Assembly: GCA_025558095.1 (NCBI GenBank)
Contig: JAIVFI010000005.1
Coordinates: forward strand, 310,001-374,000
Length of the DNA: 64,000 nucleotides
Origin: Hyaloraphidium curvatum SAG 235-1
Lineage: Eukaryota; Fungi; Monoblepharomycota
Direction: 5' to 3'
Positions 44,901-56,878 of this stretch are shown one piece after another. The notes beneath the pieces were generated by a model, which saw only the letters and a list, made by a program, of their open reading frames with translations, was not told the origin of the DNA and ran no database searches. How positions within the stretch are numbered: the stretch's first letter is position 1; each line of letters starts with the position of its first letter. Both the position numbers and the translations under genes were made by a program.

Positions 44901-47143
44901 ATGGCCGAGAGCGCGCTGTAAGTCTCGCGGCGGCGGGAGAGGCGGAGTGGGCGATGCGGGATACGCGGCCCAACCACAGCCGAACCCAACCGGTTGGGAG
45001 GGTCACGATTGGGCGCGTCGGCGAGGCAATCTCGCGCGCGCTGCAACACATCCCGGACGGAATGGCTCGGAGCGCGCGGGAGGGGCGTCTTTCGCCGGCA
45101 TTGCCAAAGTTCCGACCACGAGCCGGCGGCGTGTCCAACGGGGGTTCGGCGCTGACGATGCATCGCTTTTCCGGCTGGCTTGGGATTCCTTTTTGAAGGG
45201 ACCGAGCTAAGCTGATGGCCTCTCACCTCTCGACCGACGGCAGTGCCGACATTGGCCTGATTGGCCTCGCGGTCATGGTGGGTGCCTCCGCTTCTGCCTC
45301 CCGCGCCCCACCCTGACTTGGCAATGTAATGCAGGGCCAGAACCTGATTCTGAACATGAACGACCACGGATTCGTCGTCTGCGCGTACAACCGCACGACC
45401 TCCAAGGTCGACGAGTTCCTGGCCAACGAGGCGAAGGGTGCGTCGCTCGCCGTCGCGCGGACACGCGAACTGAACGATCCACACGATAACAGGCACCAAG
45501 ATCATCGGCGCCCACTCGGTCGAGGAGCTCTGCCGCAAGCTGAAGAAACCCCGGAAGGTCATGCTCCTCGTCAAGGCCGGCAGCGCCGTGGACGACTTCA
45601 TGGCGCAGCTGTTCCCCTACCTCGAGAAGGGCGACATCATCATCGACGGCGGCAACTCGCACTACCCCGACTCGGTGCGCCGGACGAAGGAGTGCGAGGC
45701 GAAGGGGCTGCTCTTTGTCGGCACCGGTGTGTCGGGTGGCGAGGAGGGTGCGCGCTACGGACCCAGCTTGATGCCCGGCGGTAGCCCCGCTGCCTGGTAC
45801 GTGGCGGCGGCGCCGTTCGTTTGTGCACACCGCTGATTTGCGCGCTCCAGGCCCCACATCAAGGACATCTTCCAGGCCGTGGCGGCCAAGACCTCCGACG
45901 GCGAGCCGTGCTGTGACTGGGTCGGCGCTTCCGGTGCGGGCCACTACGTCAAGATGGTGCACAACGGCATCGAGTACGGCGACATGCAGATCATTGCCGA
46001 GGCGTACCAGATCATGAAGGACGTGCTGGGGATGAGCACGGACGAGATGGCGGACACGTTTGCCGAGTGGAACAAGGGCGAGCTGGATTCTTTCCTGATC
46101 CAGATCACTGAGGAGATTCTGAGGTTCGTTGCGGCCCGGCGCATCTGGTTCCGACCGCTCATGAGCCCCGATCAGGTACAAGGAGCCGGGCTCCTCGGTC
46201 GCCCGCGTGGAGGAGATCCGCGACACTGCCGGCCAGAAGGGCACGGGCAAGTGGACCGCGATCGACGCCCTCGACTACGGCATCCCCGTCACGCTCATCG
46301 GCGAGGCCGTGTTTGCGCGCTGCCTGTCGTCGCTCAAGGAGGAGCGCGTCAAGGCGAGCGGCTACTTCAAGGGCCCCGCGAAGGACACGAGCTTCGTGGG
46401 CGACAAGAAGGCCTTCCTGCACGACCTCGCCCAGGCCGTGTACGCCGCCAAGATCATCTCGTACGCCCAGGGCTTCATGCTCTTCCGCGAGGCGTCCCAG
46501 GTCAACAAGTGGGACCTGAACATGGGCGGCATCGCGCTCATGTGGCGCGGCGGCTGCATCATCCGCAGGTGGGCGCTGCTGCTGTGTGCGCGTTGGGCTG
46601 CGATTCACGGGCGACGGAACGCAGTGTCTTCCTGAAGGACATCCACAGCGCCTACACCAAGAATCCCAAGCTCGAGAACCTCCTCTTCGACCCCTTCTTC
46701 ACCGCCGCCATGGAGCGCTGCTCGCCTTCGTTCCGCAAGGTCGTCGCGCAGGCCACGCTCGCCGGCATCCCGGTCCCGGCCATGGGGACCGCCATGTCGT
46801 TCTTCGACGGCTACCGCAGCGCCCGCCTGCCCGCCAACCTCCTCCAGGCCCAAAGAGATTATTTCGGGGCGCACACGTACCAGATTGAAGCCGTGAGTGA
46901 AGAATCCGGCGTTTTGTGTGCTGGAGGGGGTGGAGGAGCGGGGGGAGGGGGGACGGGTGGCTTTTCGCTGTTTCTGAGACGCTGACCCTCTCTCCGCCCT
47001 CCAGGACGGTCCCAAGGGCCCCTTCGTCCACACGAACTGGACTGGCAAGGTATGTTGGACGTTTTTCTGTTGTCTAGGGCGTTTTCGCTGACTGCCGGCG
47101 ATTCCAGGGCGGTCGGGTGGTGGCGTCGACCTACCAGGCCTGA
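44901..47143 (+). CDS. GND1: 6-phosphogluconate dehydrogenase, decarboxylating, multi-exon
   Basis: ADIGLIGLAVMGQNL, VSGGEEGARYGPS, KMVHNGIEYGDMQ, GQKGTGKW, QAQRDYFGAHTY. Confidence 0.97.
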
Positions 47144-47326
47144 GACGAGCCCGCCAAGGCCGATCGGCGAATGGGACGAATCTGCCGGTCTTCTTGATGG
47201 AATCTGGTCGAAAATGGATATTAGAATTCAACGTCCAGTGCTGGCCTGGGACGCTTGGGTTGTTGACGCGGCGGTTTGTCGCAGGGCTCCCGGCAAGCTC
47301 CGAAAAGCGAGAGCCCTCCACCGACA

Positions 47327-48934
47327 ATGCTGGGCTCCGCGCCGCGGACAGTGTGGCGGCTCGGACCCGCGCTGCCTGCGGGCGAGCTGGTGGCGGCGCT
47401 GCGGGCGCGGGCGGCAGCGGGGGCCGTGCCGGGGCTCCGCGGCGCCACGCGCCACGCGTCGAGCCGCGCGCCGGGCACGCGCATCTCCGACGACTTCGAC
47501 GGCCGCATCGTGTTCCTCGTCAAGCTGGCCGTGTTTGGCGGCGCCGCCGCCGTCGTGGCCGCGTACCTCACCGACTCGCGCGCCGCCGTGCACAAGTACT
47601 TTACCATGCCGGTCGTGCACCGCCTGGTCGACCCCGAGGACGCGCACAGGTGGTCGATCGAGGCCGCGAAGATCGGCCTGGCGCCCAGGGAGCGCTCGGC
47701 GGTGGACAGCCCGGAGCTGGTCGTCGAGGTGGGCTACACCAGTTACCGGCACCGGATTGCCATTCATTCCTCCCCCCTCGCCGCCGATTCCCGCCTCCCT
47801 GCCGCGATTCCAGCTCTGGGGCAAGACCTTCGCCAACCCCTTGGGCCTGGCCGCCGGCTACGACAAGAACGCCGAGGCCGTGGACGCGCTCCTCGACATG
47901 GGCTTCGGCTTCGTCGAGGTCGGCTCCGTCACGCCCCGGCCGCAGCCCGGGAACCCCCGCCCGCGGCTGTTCCGGCTGCACGCCGACTACGCCGCCATCA
48001 ACCGCTACGGCCTCAACTCGCAGGGCGCGGACGAGGTCGCGCAGCGCCTCGTGAAGCGCGCGGCGCGGTGGGCCGAGGGCGCGCGGCGGAGGCTGGGCTA
48101 CGAGGGTGTGCGGACGCCCGCCGAGGCGGGGCTGCCCATGTCGCTGAGGGACGGGAAGCTGCTGGGCGTGAACCTGTCCAAGAACAAGGGCAGCCCGGAG
48201 GAGAGCAACGCGGACTACGTCGTCGGTGTCGAGAAGCTGGGGCCGCTGGCGGATTACCTGGTCGTCAACGTCAGCTGCCCGAATCAGACGGGGATCACGT
48301 CACTGCAGCGCAAGGGCGTGCTCGAGGGCGTGATGCGCGACGTGGGTTTTGAAGCCGATCGCCACGCTGTTCAGCCGCTGATCCGCCGCTTCCAGGTCTG
48401 CGAGGCGCGCGATCGCCTGCCCAACCGTCCGCCGATCCTGGTCAAGATCGGGCCCGACAACTCGGACGAGGAACTGGCGGACATTGCCGCCGCCGTCCTG
48501 ACCTCCGGCGTAGACGGCGCCATCATCTCCAACACCACCAACCAGCGGCCCGATACCCTCAAGAGCGGTGTGTGAAGTGCCCCCCGATTCTGTCGCCTTT
48601 GTGGCCTGATCCGTTTGTTCCAGACGCCCGCCGCACCTTTGAAACCGGCGGCCTGTCCGGCCCGCCCCTGAAACCCCTCGCCCTCCGCACCCTCCGCAAC
48701 TTCTACCGCCTCACCCGGGGCGCCGTCCCCATCATCGGCTGCGGAGGCATCTCCACCGCCGGCGACGCCCTCGAGTACGCGCGCTCGGGGGCTTCGCTGG
48801 TGCAGCTCTACACGGGGATGAGCTACGGCGGGCCGGGGGTGGTCTATGACATCAAGACAGGGGTTAAAGAGGAGCTCGCGCGGCTGGGGCAGAAATGGAC
48901 CGACATCGTCGGCGAGGACGTGCGGTTCGACTGA
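47327..48934 (+). CDS. URA9: Dihydroorotate dehydrogenase (quinone), class 2, mitochondrial
   Basis: Presequence plus TM segment, NPLGLAAGYDKN, QPGNPRPRLFRL, INRYGLNS, NVSCPN, GGLSG, VQLYT. Confidence 0.93.
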
Positions 48935-48994
48935 ATAGACTCGATCCGATGGAGGAGGCGGCGCGAGAGTGGCTGTGACGCGTGTCCCCAAACA

Positions 48995-49795
48995 ATGACG
49001 GCCGCCGGTGACGACGATTCCATGCCCTTCTCGGAGGCCGGCGACCCGTTGAATCCGGCCATCGTCTTTCTCCATGCCGGGCCTCTGTCGCGGCGGATGT
49101 GGGAGCCGCAGCTGGCCCTCTTGTCGAGCTCATTCCACTGCTTCGCTCCTGACTTGCCCGACCATGGAAGCAACGCCCGAACGCGATTCTCCCTCGAACT
49201 GGCGGCCGATCAGGTGTCTGCACTCGTGCGGAAGCGCGCATCGGCCCGCGGACCCCCGGCACTGGTGGGATTGTCGCTCGGGGGCGCGTTAGTGCTTGAG
49301 CTCCTGCGCCGACATCCCAGGATCGCGTCGCGGGCGATGGTTTCGGGCACGACGGACGGTATCGGACCGTGGCTCGGCAGAATGGCGCTGGCTGCCGCCG
49401 GCGCGACGTCGTGGCTGTCGCCCGAGACCCAGGCGGGCCTGGCGCTGTGGCAGGTGCCCGTCCGGCCCAGGTTCCGGCACCTCGTGTTCGACGACCTCGT
49501 GCGGGGGTCGACTCCAGAGTACACGCGGGATACTTTGCGCGAGCTGATGAGCATGCGCATGCCCGATCGCGTGGAATGCCCGCTGCTGGTCACCGTCGGC
49601 TCGAAGGAGACGATCCCGGCGCGCAGGGCGGCGGCGCGGATCGTGCGTGCATATCCCGGTGCGAGGGGAGCCGTGGCGCCGGGCCTGAATCACCTGTGGA
49701 ACCTGGAGGAGCCCGAGCTTTTCGCCCGGGTCGTGGAGGCGTGGGTGGGCTGGGGCGAGGTACTCTCTGATCTCAAGCCGATCGCCGGCAGATGA
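48995..49795 (+). CDS. Alpha/beta hydrolase, intronless
   Basis: VFLHAG, PDLPDHG, GLSLGG, GSKE, NHLWNLEEPELF. Confidence 0.85.
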   Translation: MTAAGDDDSMPFSEAGDPLNPAIVFLHAGPLSRRMWEPQLALLSSSFHCFAPDLPDHGSNARTRFSLELAADQVSALVRKRASARGPPALVGLSLGGALVLELLRRHPRIASRAMVSGTTDGIGPWLGRMALAAAGATSWLSPETQAGLALWQVPVRPRFRHLVFDDLVRGSTPEYTRDTLRELMSMRMPDRVECPLLVTVGSKETIPARRAAARIVRAYPGARGAVAPGLNHLWNLEEPELFARVVEAWVGWGEVLSDLKPIAGR

Positions 49796-49817
49796 TTGCT
49801 CTTCTGTCTAGCAACGC

Positions 49818-50464
49818 TTACAGCTCGAACTCTCCTCGACCGCAGATCTTGCGGTGGTACTTTTCGGCCCCTTCAATCGAGTAGTGGGCCGCCTGCTTGC
49901 GGACCTCGTTCCGGTCACCGTCGAACCTCTTGGTCTCCGTGTAGGTGTGCTTCCGCCCGTCCACGTCGAACGCCCAGCCAAAGCAGATCGTCCCCGGCTG
50001 CACGCCGCCGTCGCCTTTGCCCGGTCCGGCAACGCCCGTGTTGGAGATGCCGATGTTTGCGTGGGGGCTCATCAATCGCAGCGCACCCTCCACCATCGCT
50101 TTTGCCACGGGCTCTGGGCACAGCGGTTACGAGAGATCGGAAAACGACTGACGGAATGCGAACCGCTCGTAAGATTGTTGTCCCTGAGCACCTTCTCGTC
50201 AATCCCGAGGATCTTGACCTTCGATGTTTCGGAATAAGTCTGCCGAGCGACAGAGAGAAGCCGCAGCAGAGGCTCAGAAGAGCAAAGACATGCTGGAGCA
50301 GTCGTCGGTCCCACCGTCAAACCGCACTCGAGCCACGCTCCGCTGCCCGGCACATCCGACAGAATCGAAGCGGCCATGCCGGACGTCGCCGACTCCGCCG
50401 TAACGATGCGCAGTTCCTTCTTCTGGAGGTAATTCAGGTGCTTTTCCAGCTCGTCGCCTGACAT
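49818..50464 (-). CDS. CinA C-terminal domain / PncC NMN-deamidase-like protein, 3 exons
   Basis: TAESATSG, VPGSG, TYS...K, AKAMVEGA, TGVAGP, GTICFG, FDGDRNEVR. Confidence 0.85.
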
Positions 50465-50702
50465 GGCTCCAAAGAGAAGCGGGCGGTGTAAGCCGGCTGG
50501 TTGGGGGTTGAAGGAGATGTGCGATGACGTGGCTTGGTCCCGACCAATTCAGTTCATTTCAAGGACGAACAAGCTGGACAAGGCAATGATTGGTTCTATC
50601 GTGCGTAGTTCCGATGCAAAGAAGTATCCATCACTTCGGCCAAACCCCAACGCAGACCCCAAATGCCCATCCATCCAGCGGCTTTCCGAGGCCCTTCCGC
50701 AA

Positions 50703-52012
50703 CTACAGATTAGACCAGTACATACCGATACCGGGAACGTGAACCACAACGTCAAAGCCCTTGCCAGTATCACGTCGGACAGAGTATCCCCCGCCCGTAG
50801 CGTTCCACGTTGCGCCGGCGAGCTTGCCCTCCGCGACGTTGGGCAGGCGCGCGTTCACGTGGTCTTCCGTGTTCACCCCGATCTGCTTGGGCAGGCCGAG
50901 CACGTCGGCCTTGGCCTCGACCTCGTGGGGCGCAAAGTGATCCGCCTTGCTCGCCTCCTCCGCGATCTTGTAGGCATCTTCGGGGTTTATCGGCTCGTTG
51001 GCCTCCCTGTGCTTGACCTTGTCGGCGTAGGCAAACAACGCCGCGTGCCACTTCCACACAGCTGGATACTCTTCCGGGCCGAACCCCTTCGCAACGCCCG
51101 ATCCGGGGAGCCTTTGGAGCCCGGCGATGAACTGCACCGGGGCAAAGATTTGCAGATCGGCGTAATGAGGCGTCTCGGTGCCGAGGAACCAGCCCGTGGG
51201 CGAAGACTTGAGCTGCGCCTCGATCAGTGAAAGATACATGTGCAGTTGTTGCTGGCTGTTCTTGCTGGCGGCCATCATGACCGCGGGGTCGAGAGGCTTG
51301 GGAGCTGCCATCACCTCCGCGTTGGATGGCCTCACAGACGGCGACAAGAAGCGACTCACGTTCCGCGCTCGACACCCCACGCATGTTGGCACGATCCGCC
51401 AGAAACTCCTTAGGGAGGATCGTCCAGTCCATCTGCGGCACGACGTGGTTGAAGAAAATGCGGTCCGTCGTCGAAGATCTGGCCCGAGTGGTGAGAATCC
51501 CAACGTCCGCGGGAGAGAACGCACGCACAACATGAAAGCAAGCGCTTCGTTGGCCTGCCCGTTCGAAGCCTGGGGCCGACATCAGAACGAGAACATCGCG
51601 AAATCCGGTGAGCTTTACCTTCGGAAACAGCGAAGGAGTAGGGTAGCGCCGTTCCAGCTCCGCCGCGATGCGGTTCGTGTCGCAGTACATGTCGGCACCG
51701 ATCTATAGGTACAGCCGTGAGCACTCACAGTGTCTGGATCTCATTACCGGGAACGACCTGCATGAATGGGATCCGACGATAGCCTCCCGTAAGGACCGGA
51801 GTCTCGAAAGGCCGCGGCATGATGTTGCTCGTCTCGCATTTCTTCCACGGGATGCCCTGAATGGACGAGAAAAGACAAGAGAGGAGGCATGCGGATGTTC
51901 AGATTTCCCGGGAGACATGCGGCCTCGCTCCCCTCACCTTGAGGTTGAGCATCAAGCACGCCTTCTCGGCGAAGGGGCTACCAATGTAGCCGTGCAGGAT
52001 GGGCGTGTCCAT
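50703..52012 (-). CDS. Glutathione S-transferase-like protein, multi-exon
   Basis: MDTPILHGYIGSPFAEK, IYCDT..IAAELERRYP, WFLGTETPHYADL, VVVHVP; 3' end uncertain. Confidence 0.78.
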
Positions 52013-52158
52013 GTCTCTTCGCCTCTCCACCAATCGTAGAATAGTTGGGCGAGGAAACAGGTGACTGCGGGGTGATCGGCGCGTGCGGGGGAGGCATGAT
52101 CGAGCCGGGGCCCCCGCTGCAGACCCCAGAGCACAGCACTTGCAGTCATCCAGCGGAC

Positions 52159-53588
52159 ATGCCCGACAAGGGACAGAAAAGCGACAGCGAGTACGACTCG
52201 TACGACTCGGAGATAGAAGACCCCGATCCCGTGGGCCCCGTGCGCGATTCGCCGAAAGACGCGTTTCTCACGCTCCGTTGTCCCCAGCTGCTAGTCGTTT
52301 CGAGCGCGTTTGTCTCGTTCGGGAAATGGATCAAGGGACAGGTGTCTCCGACGTTGGCGACATCGCCCACATCGCCCACGTCTCCAAAGCAGGAGCGGGA
52401 GGCTTCCTCCGCGACCCTGCCCCGCAGGGCGGCTGGCGACCGAACCTCCCAGCCGACGCGGACTTTCTCCCTCTCGTCATCCGGAAATGAGCGGACGGCA
52501 GCAAAGCGCGATGGACTAGACGCCCTGTCGCGGGGTTCGTCGTCTGAGCTGAGCGGGGGCGGACGCAAAGCCCGCCCAATCGCGGGCTCTGGTGAGCCCG
52601 CTGGGCCGTCCAGGGACCGAGACGGAGAGGGCACCGCAACCATCCCTTTGCCGCTTCCAAAAGCCGTGGACAGCGCTGCGCGTGGGCCGGCAGCAGATTC
52701 GGATGATTCCGACGAGGACATGGAACAGCTGTCGAGGGTTCTGTCGGGGATGGAGAACACACACACGGCCGCTCCCCGGCGGGGATCGAACGAGGCACTC
52801 AAACCCCGGGCAGGGAGCCCGTTTGCTCCACGGGGCGACACGGCGAGGCCACCAAGCCCGACGGGACTACAGGCGTCGGATCGCCAGAGGGGTCGTTCGC
52901 CGAACCCTCGAGTGGTGACCAATCCTTCGCATTCGTTGCCGTCTCCGTCTAGCCCAACTACGCTTCCATCCCCGGAAAAGGGAGCTGCTGTGGCCCCCGT
53001 ATTTGTTGCTCCTGATATCACGGCCACGGACAAGGAGTTTGACCTTGGCGACTTGCTGAAGGACGCGGAGCACATCTCCAGGGACGTGGACGACGATCTG
53101 AAACCTGCTTCTCCACGCCAAGGAAAGTCGTACCAAGATGCGGAGGTGATGGCGATGTTTGCCCCGCTTTCCGAGCCCCAGCGACCCGCAAAGGTTGTGC
53201 CGGCCGAGGAAGCCAAGCCGGAGGCCAAGGGACATGATGAGCAGCACCATGGGACCATGGCGGGGCTGCTGGGAGCCATGAAGGCTTCCAGGATCCTGAA
53301 GAACCGGAGCCGAAGCCGCGAAGTCGGATCCGTGGCGGCCGGGGTCCATGCTGAGGCGAGCGAAAGCAACAGTGCGTTTGCCAAGCTCGGTCAGAAGATG
53401 GACGAGCGGACGGAACACGTCGAAGCCGTCATGCTCAAGACCGAGGAGATGCAGAGTTCGAGCAAGGACTTTGTGGGTTCTCGGTGATCGCCTGCTCTCC
53501 ATCCTAACGGTCTTTGCAGTTGGACAAGATTAAGCAGTTCAATCAGATGAACGAGCAGAAGAGTTTGTTCCCCAAGATCCGTCATTAG
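52159..53588 (+). CDS. Low-complexity protein with C-terminal R-SNARE-like (tomosyn/amisyn-type) coiled coil
   Basis: S/P-rich disordered body; C-terminal AFAKLGQKMDERTEHVEAVMLKTEEMQSSSKDF|LDKIKQF; no TM segment. Confidence 0.5.
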
Positions 53589-53695
53589 TGTGAGATCGCT
53601 CGGATCGTGTAGCTGTAGTGGTGGCCGTGCGAGGACAGTGCGTGACCGTGCGAGGTGCGCATCGGGTTTCCGACGCGTTCGCACAGCCCTCAACC

Positions 53696-56041
53696 ATGGC
53701 CCGTTTGGCCGGCGGTGGGCTGCTTGTCGCGGCTCTCGCGATTCTTTCCCTGCTGGTTGTTCCGTCCGCGGCGGTACAGAGCGGCAGTGAGCTCCGGGAC
53801 GCGTCAAGCACGTTGCCGCCGACAGGCTCAGACCTCGTCCATCTCCTTCTCTTCTCCTCCCGTTTCCCTTCCTCATCTTCCCTCCGTCCTCTCTTTCATC
53901 TTTCTCCCTACCATCTTGGCAGTCTGCAGACCTTACAATGGGACGGCCTGCGCCAGCATCTTGCCTGCCGGATATGTTCTCTGGGCCAACAACACGGAGG
54001 ACATGGAGAAGCAGGAGAAGGCCATGCAGTACGTCGCGGATCAGATCAAGATCCTGAAGCCAATCGATCCGAAATGCTACTCTGCTTTCATGAAGTGGGC
54101 TCCGTCTGCTGGAACCGGGATGTGGCCGGGCGCCTGACACGCCGGTGAACGCGTCAAAAGCTACTCTTGCACCACCTACTTCCCGCACTGCTCGCCTGCG
54201 CTGCGTGGGTGCCCTCGATGCAGGTGTGTCCGGGGATCTTGACATGCGCGTCGCAGCGGACACGCCGGAATGGCAGTGCAAGTCGGACTGCCTTGTCGCG
54301 CAGGAGGCGTGCCGTAGCATCTTCACCGTGGGCGGCCATCCCGAAGACTTGCCCAAGTGCATCGATGTGCCGAACGGAGCCCCCTTGAACACGACGTATC
54401 CCGAGCGCAACTGCTACTCGATGGGCAACGGGACCGACATCGGTGGGCCGACCAGCTAAGGAGCCCTTCGTTCTCTCTGATGCCGAAACAGGTCCCGTGG
54501 AATGCCCCGCGCCGTTGGTCAAGAACCCTTACAACGGCACCAAAGTTCCGAGAACGTGTCCCGCCTACGGCGGTGAATGGTGGGTTGCTCGAAATGGCAC
54601 GTGTTCACGGGCTCATCACGCCGCAGCTGCTTCACGTGTCCAGTCTACCACAACCTCTACCCGTCCAAGCCCGGGGCAGAGTACGAGGAGGATGTCGTGG
54701 GGAAGCTGAACACCGTTTCATTCGTGCTCCTGTTGGTCGTCTTGGGCCTGTGGGCCGGGCGCCCGAACGTGTGGCAGTCATCGCGACTGGTGACCGTCAT
54801 GTTCTCGCTGTTGAACGCGTTGGGGCTTGCGGGAGTCGGGGCCTACATGCTTAACTCTAAGAGGCAGGACTTCATGTGCATGAGTGAGGTGGAGGACGCC
54901 GTGAACCGCGGGTGGTGTACTTTCGAGGGCATCTCGTACTCCTTCTTCGGGCAAGCGTTCTCGTTCAGTGAGGCTCTGTTCAACGTCAACCTTTTTTTGG
55001 TGAGCACTTGCCTTTCCCGCGTGCTTCGCCGGCGCTAACGGTGCCCGCAGACCTTGTATCTTCTGCGGGATCCGATACCCACGCAGGTGGCCTACCGCCT
55101 CTTTGCGGCCATCTGGATCGTTGCCGCGATCCTGAACATAACGCCGTACGCGCTCACCGGGTCGGCGCACCAGTTCGGGATCCATTGCTCTCCCGGAGAC
55201 CTGAAGCTCTACCGAAACATGTCGCTCATGCCTTTGATTGCAGGACTGATCGTCAGCATCGTGTGCGGCTTCCTCAACGTCGCGTACATTGGCAAGGCGA
55301 GTCTTGCCTTTGTGCCACAGACAGCACACCCTTACTGAGCGTCGTTACAGATGGCTTATGACATTTTTGTCCTGAAGGATCCCCGCTATGGTGCGGTTGG
55401 CGGGTCTGCAGCTACTCTTTCCAGCGCGGACGACGATCAGGACGACGACGCGGTGGACCCCCCTCGACCAGCTGCCGACGGGGGTGATGAGGATGTGGAG
55501 GACGAGGACGAGGAGCTGCGGGCTTCGGGCAAGGCCGCCGGCTACGAACCTACTGGCAACCCGCGCTACGACACTTTTGTGCAGAGCTGGCGCACAGCGC
55601 TGTTGTCGTTTATGGTTGCGACCGCCTTCCTGGTCTTTGTGGTGCGTACATACGCATTCGTTGGCTTGCTTCAGTCACCTGACGTTTGTCTTTCAGATTT
55701 GGTGGTTCACGGACGCCGAGCCCGCGCTGCTGTCCGGTGGTGGCGATCCGGCTTCGGGCGCGGCTGAATGGGGCCAGGAATGGCTCACGTGCTTGATCCG
55801 CAATGTTCCGGAAGGGCAGGATGCCTGCGCGCACATCACAAAGCCGCACGTGCCCAGGTTCGAATGGGTCTTTACCACGGACGTCATGAGCGCGATAGTC
55901 GGGATCTTCTACTTCATTACCTTGGGGACCCAGATCAGCGACTGGATGCGATTGTCGGACATTGCGCTGCAGGTCTGGGACTCGGGCCGGGCCTGGGCGG
56001 AATCGAAGTTGCGCCGAGGCGGGGAAATTCGGCTGGAGTAA
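53696..56041 (+). CDS. Frizzled/Smoothened-like 7TM receptor with N-terminal cysteine-rich domain, multi-exon
   Basis: Signal peptide; CRPY...C, C...F, YSC..YFPHC, CKSDC...EAC; linker CPAPLV...C; about 7 hydrophobic helices; EWLTCL...QDAC in the last loop. Confidence 0.7.
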
Positions 56042-56090
56042 GCGCCCGCCGCTGGTAGATCTCTCTGTCTATTGCTGTTGTAAGCACAAT

Positions 56091-56768
56091 CTAGAGGCTT
56101 GACTGTTGCACGGACGGCACTTTTCGCGTTGGATTTCCAGATCTTTCGAGCACGATTTGGGCGTTTAGCAGATCGTTGCGGCGCCACCGTTCGCGGCCCG
56201 TCTCCAAGGAAGTGGCAAGCCCCGTCAAGACGTGGCGCTTGGCAACTCTCTCTGAGGCAACGTCGAGGTCACATTCAATGAGCCAGCTCTCGTCGACCAG
56301 CGGTCCGATGTCTCGCCACGGGGCATCTGAAAGCAACAGGTACAGTCCCTCCAACAACACGATCCGATGTGACGGCAGCACACAAATGTCGTCCGGAACC
56401 GGATCGCCAACTGCGTGATCAAAAGATGGTGCATGCAGCGCGCCGCCGGGGTTCGTTCCTAGCTTGCGAACGAACTCCAGCAGGGCGTCAGGATCGAAGG
56501 AGAAGGGTGCTCCTCTGCGAGCGTGTGCAGCTGCCGGATCTGCCATGCGGTCGAGCTCCGACTTGGGCAAATGCCAGCCGTCCATGCTCACTACCATAGC
56601 GACCTCGGAGCCCAGCAGATTGTTCACTCGCCGACAGACTTCGCTGGCGAGCGTGGATTTGCCGGACCCCGCGATTCCAGATATGGAAACGACGATTCTC
56701 GCCCCCGGAGGCGCGGAATCCAGCTTGTCCCGCAATCCTCGAGCCAGCGAATCGTACGTGCTGTCCAT
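56091..56768 (-). CDS. P-loop kinase, Yfh7/phosphoribulokinase-uridine kinase family
   Basis: GIAGSGKST, SMDGWH, RRGAPFSFD, PSFDHAVGDP, LEGLYLLL. Confidence 0.88.
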   Translation of the reverse strand: MDSTYDSLARGLRDKLDSAPPGARIVVSISGIAGSGKSTLASEVCRRVNNLLGSEVAMVVSMDGWHLPKSELDRMADPAAAHARRGAPFSFDPDALLEFVRKLGTNPGGALHAPSFDHAVGDPVPDDICVLPSHRIVLLEGLYLLLSDAPWRDIGPLVDESWLIECDLDVASERVAKRHVLTGLATSLETGRERWRRNDLLNAQIVLERSGNPTRKVPSVQQSSL

Positions 56769-56878
56769 CCCCGTGAGGTGACGCGAGGTGAAGCTGGATG
56801 ATCCGGTTTCTGAGAATGCGGGACTGTTTGTTTCGCGAGACGACGCCACGACGAATCACGACTTTTTCTCGTGTCAAA

